A stretch of 64,000 nt of DNA from an uncultured Chloroflexia bacterium (GTDB taxonomy: Bacteria > Chloroflexota > Limnocylindria > Limnocylindrales > CSP1-4): NCBI GenBank assembly GCA_963712745.1, contig CAVQJC010000001.1:192001-256000 (forward strand), written 5' to 3'. The position numbers and the translations under genes were made by a program. This document shows, in pieces, positions 61,429 to 64,000 of the stretch (positions within the stretch are counted from its first letter, which is position 1; each line of letters begins with the position of its first letter). The notes under the pieces are model-generated. The model worked only from the letters and a program-made list of their open reading frames with translations. It ran no database searches and was not told the DNA's origin.

Positions 61429-61722
61429 GAGGTTTCGTTACCTGAGTTACTTGCCATTAGTTTACGCGCCACGAAGTGTACGGCCATGTACGTTGCATGT
61501 CTATGGTTTGTCTAGTCCGACTGGCGTGGGCGCTTTCGGGAGACCTTGGGCGCTCCGGCCCGGTTCGGCTGCTGCCACGTGCGCCCGGTGCACGACCTCG
61601 ACCATCCAGCGCCGCAGATCATCGGTTCCCGTTCACGCAGTGCACGTGATCGTCAATCCCGTGCACCAGGCGACCAGAGCCTGCGATCCCGGCGGGTCAG
61701 AGGTCGCGTTCGTGCACTTCTT

Positions 61723-61881
61723 GCACAGGGCAGGTGACGAAGCCACGACCGGCACAGGGCAGGTGACGAAGCCACGACCGGGACAGGACAGCTGACGAAG
61801 CCATGACCGGCACAGGGCAGGTGACGAAGCCACGACCGGGACAGGACAGCTGACGAAGCCATGACCGGGACAGGACAGGTG
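61723..61881. repeat. 29-bp tandem repeat, ~5.5 copies, two unit variants (A A B A B)
   Basis: A=gcacagggcaggtgacgaagccacgaccg, B=ggacaggacagctgacgaagccatgaccg; no spacers. Confidence 0.9.
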
Positions 61882-61969
61882 CCTGAGCCGGCCAGCGACC
61901 CACTCCCCGCCTCCCACCGATCCGCCCCCTCAGCGAATCAGAAGGGGCTGTGCGCTCGCCGTGAACGGA

Positions 61970-62003
61970 AGAGGCCCGGCTGCTCGCTGGCGACCGGGCC
62001 TCT
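61970..62003 (-). terminator. terminator after ppdK
   Basis: agaggcccgg...ccgggcctct stem. Confidence 0.65.
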
Positions 62004-62017
62004 CGTGCGTGGCGGGG

Positions 62018-64000
<1,983 letters not shown>

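Noticed and set aside
61723-61881. Possible CRISPR array (29-bp repeats)
   Set aside because: Units are directly adjacent with no unique spacers, and there are no cas genes in the window.

Overview
GC-rich bacterial chromosome segment. A Chloroflexota-like monoderm is my inference, from the RpoD/DnaG style, RND pumps with no adaptor or outer-membrane partner, and many leaderless starts. Homopolymer frameshifts, densest at 43.9-47.8 kb, suggest a long-read assembly. The left ~26 kb is an accessory region downstream of a tRNA-Asn(GTT) gene (26348-26422, minus). Two displaced tRNA fragments (3923-3950, 6540-6564) mark stacked islands, and an IS481 sits in the tRNA 3' end with a 16-bp duplication. 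The ~19 kb island carries an AbiE-like toxin-antitoxin pair and a divergent regulon. That regulon combines two corrinoid proteins and two URO-D/MtaA-fold methyltransferases with a sugar ABC transporter and a full sugar-acid catabolic set, making it a candidate cobalamin-dependent methyl-sugar demethylation pathway. The rest of the window holds GIDE-like/lemA with a 3.8 kb insert bounded by a duplicated lemA 3' end, and three DUF4397-like secreted paralogs around an HTH-nuclease gene. It also holds dnaG-rpoD, where RpoD carries a PTS EIIB-like insertion in region 3 and a phased TTGACA array lies upstream. Then come mtnN, an aapJQMP-type ABC operon, iolG-like and LCP genes, a tandem duplicated MarR-RND operon and partial ppdK. 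No CRISPR array or rRNA was seen.
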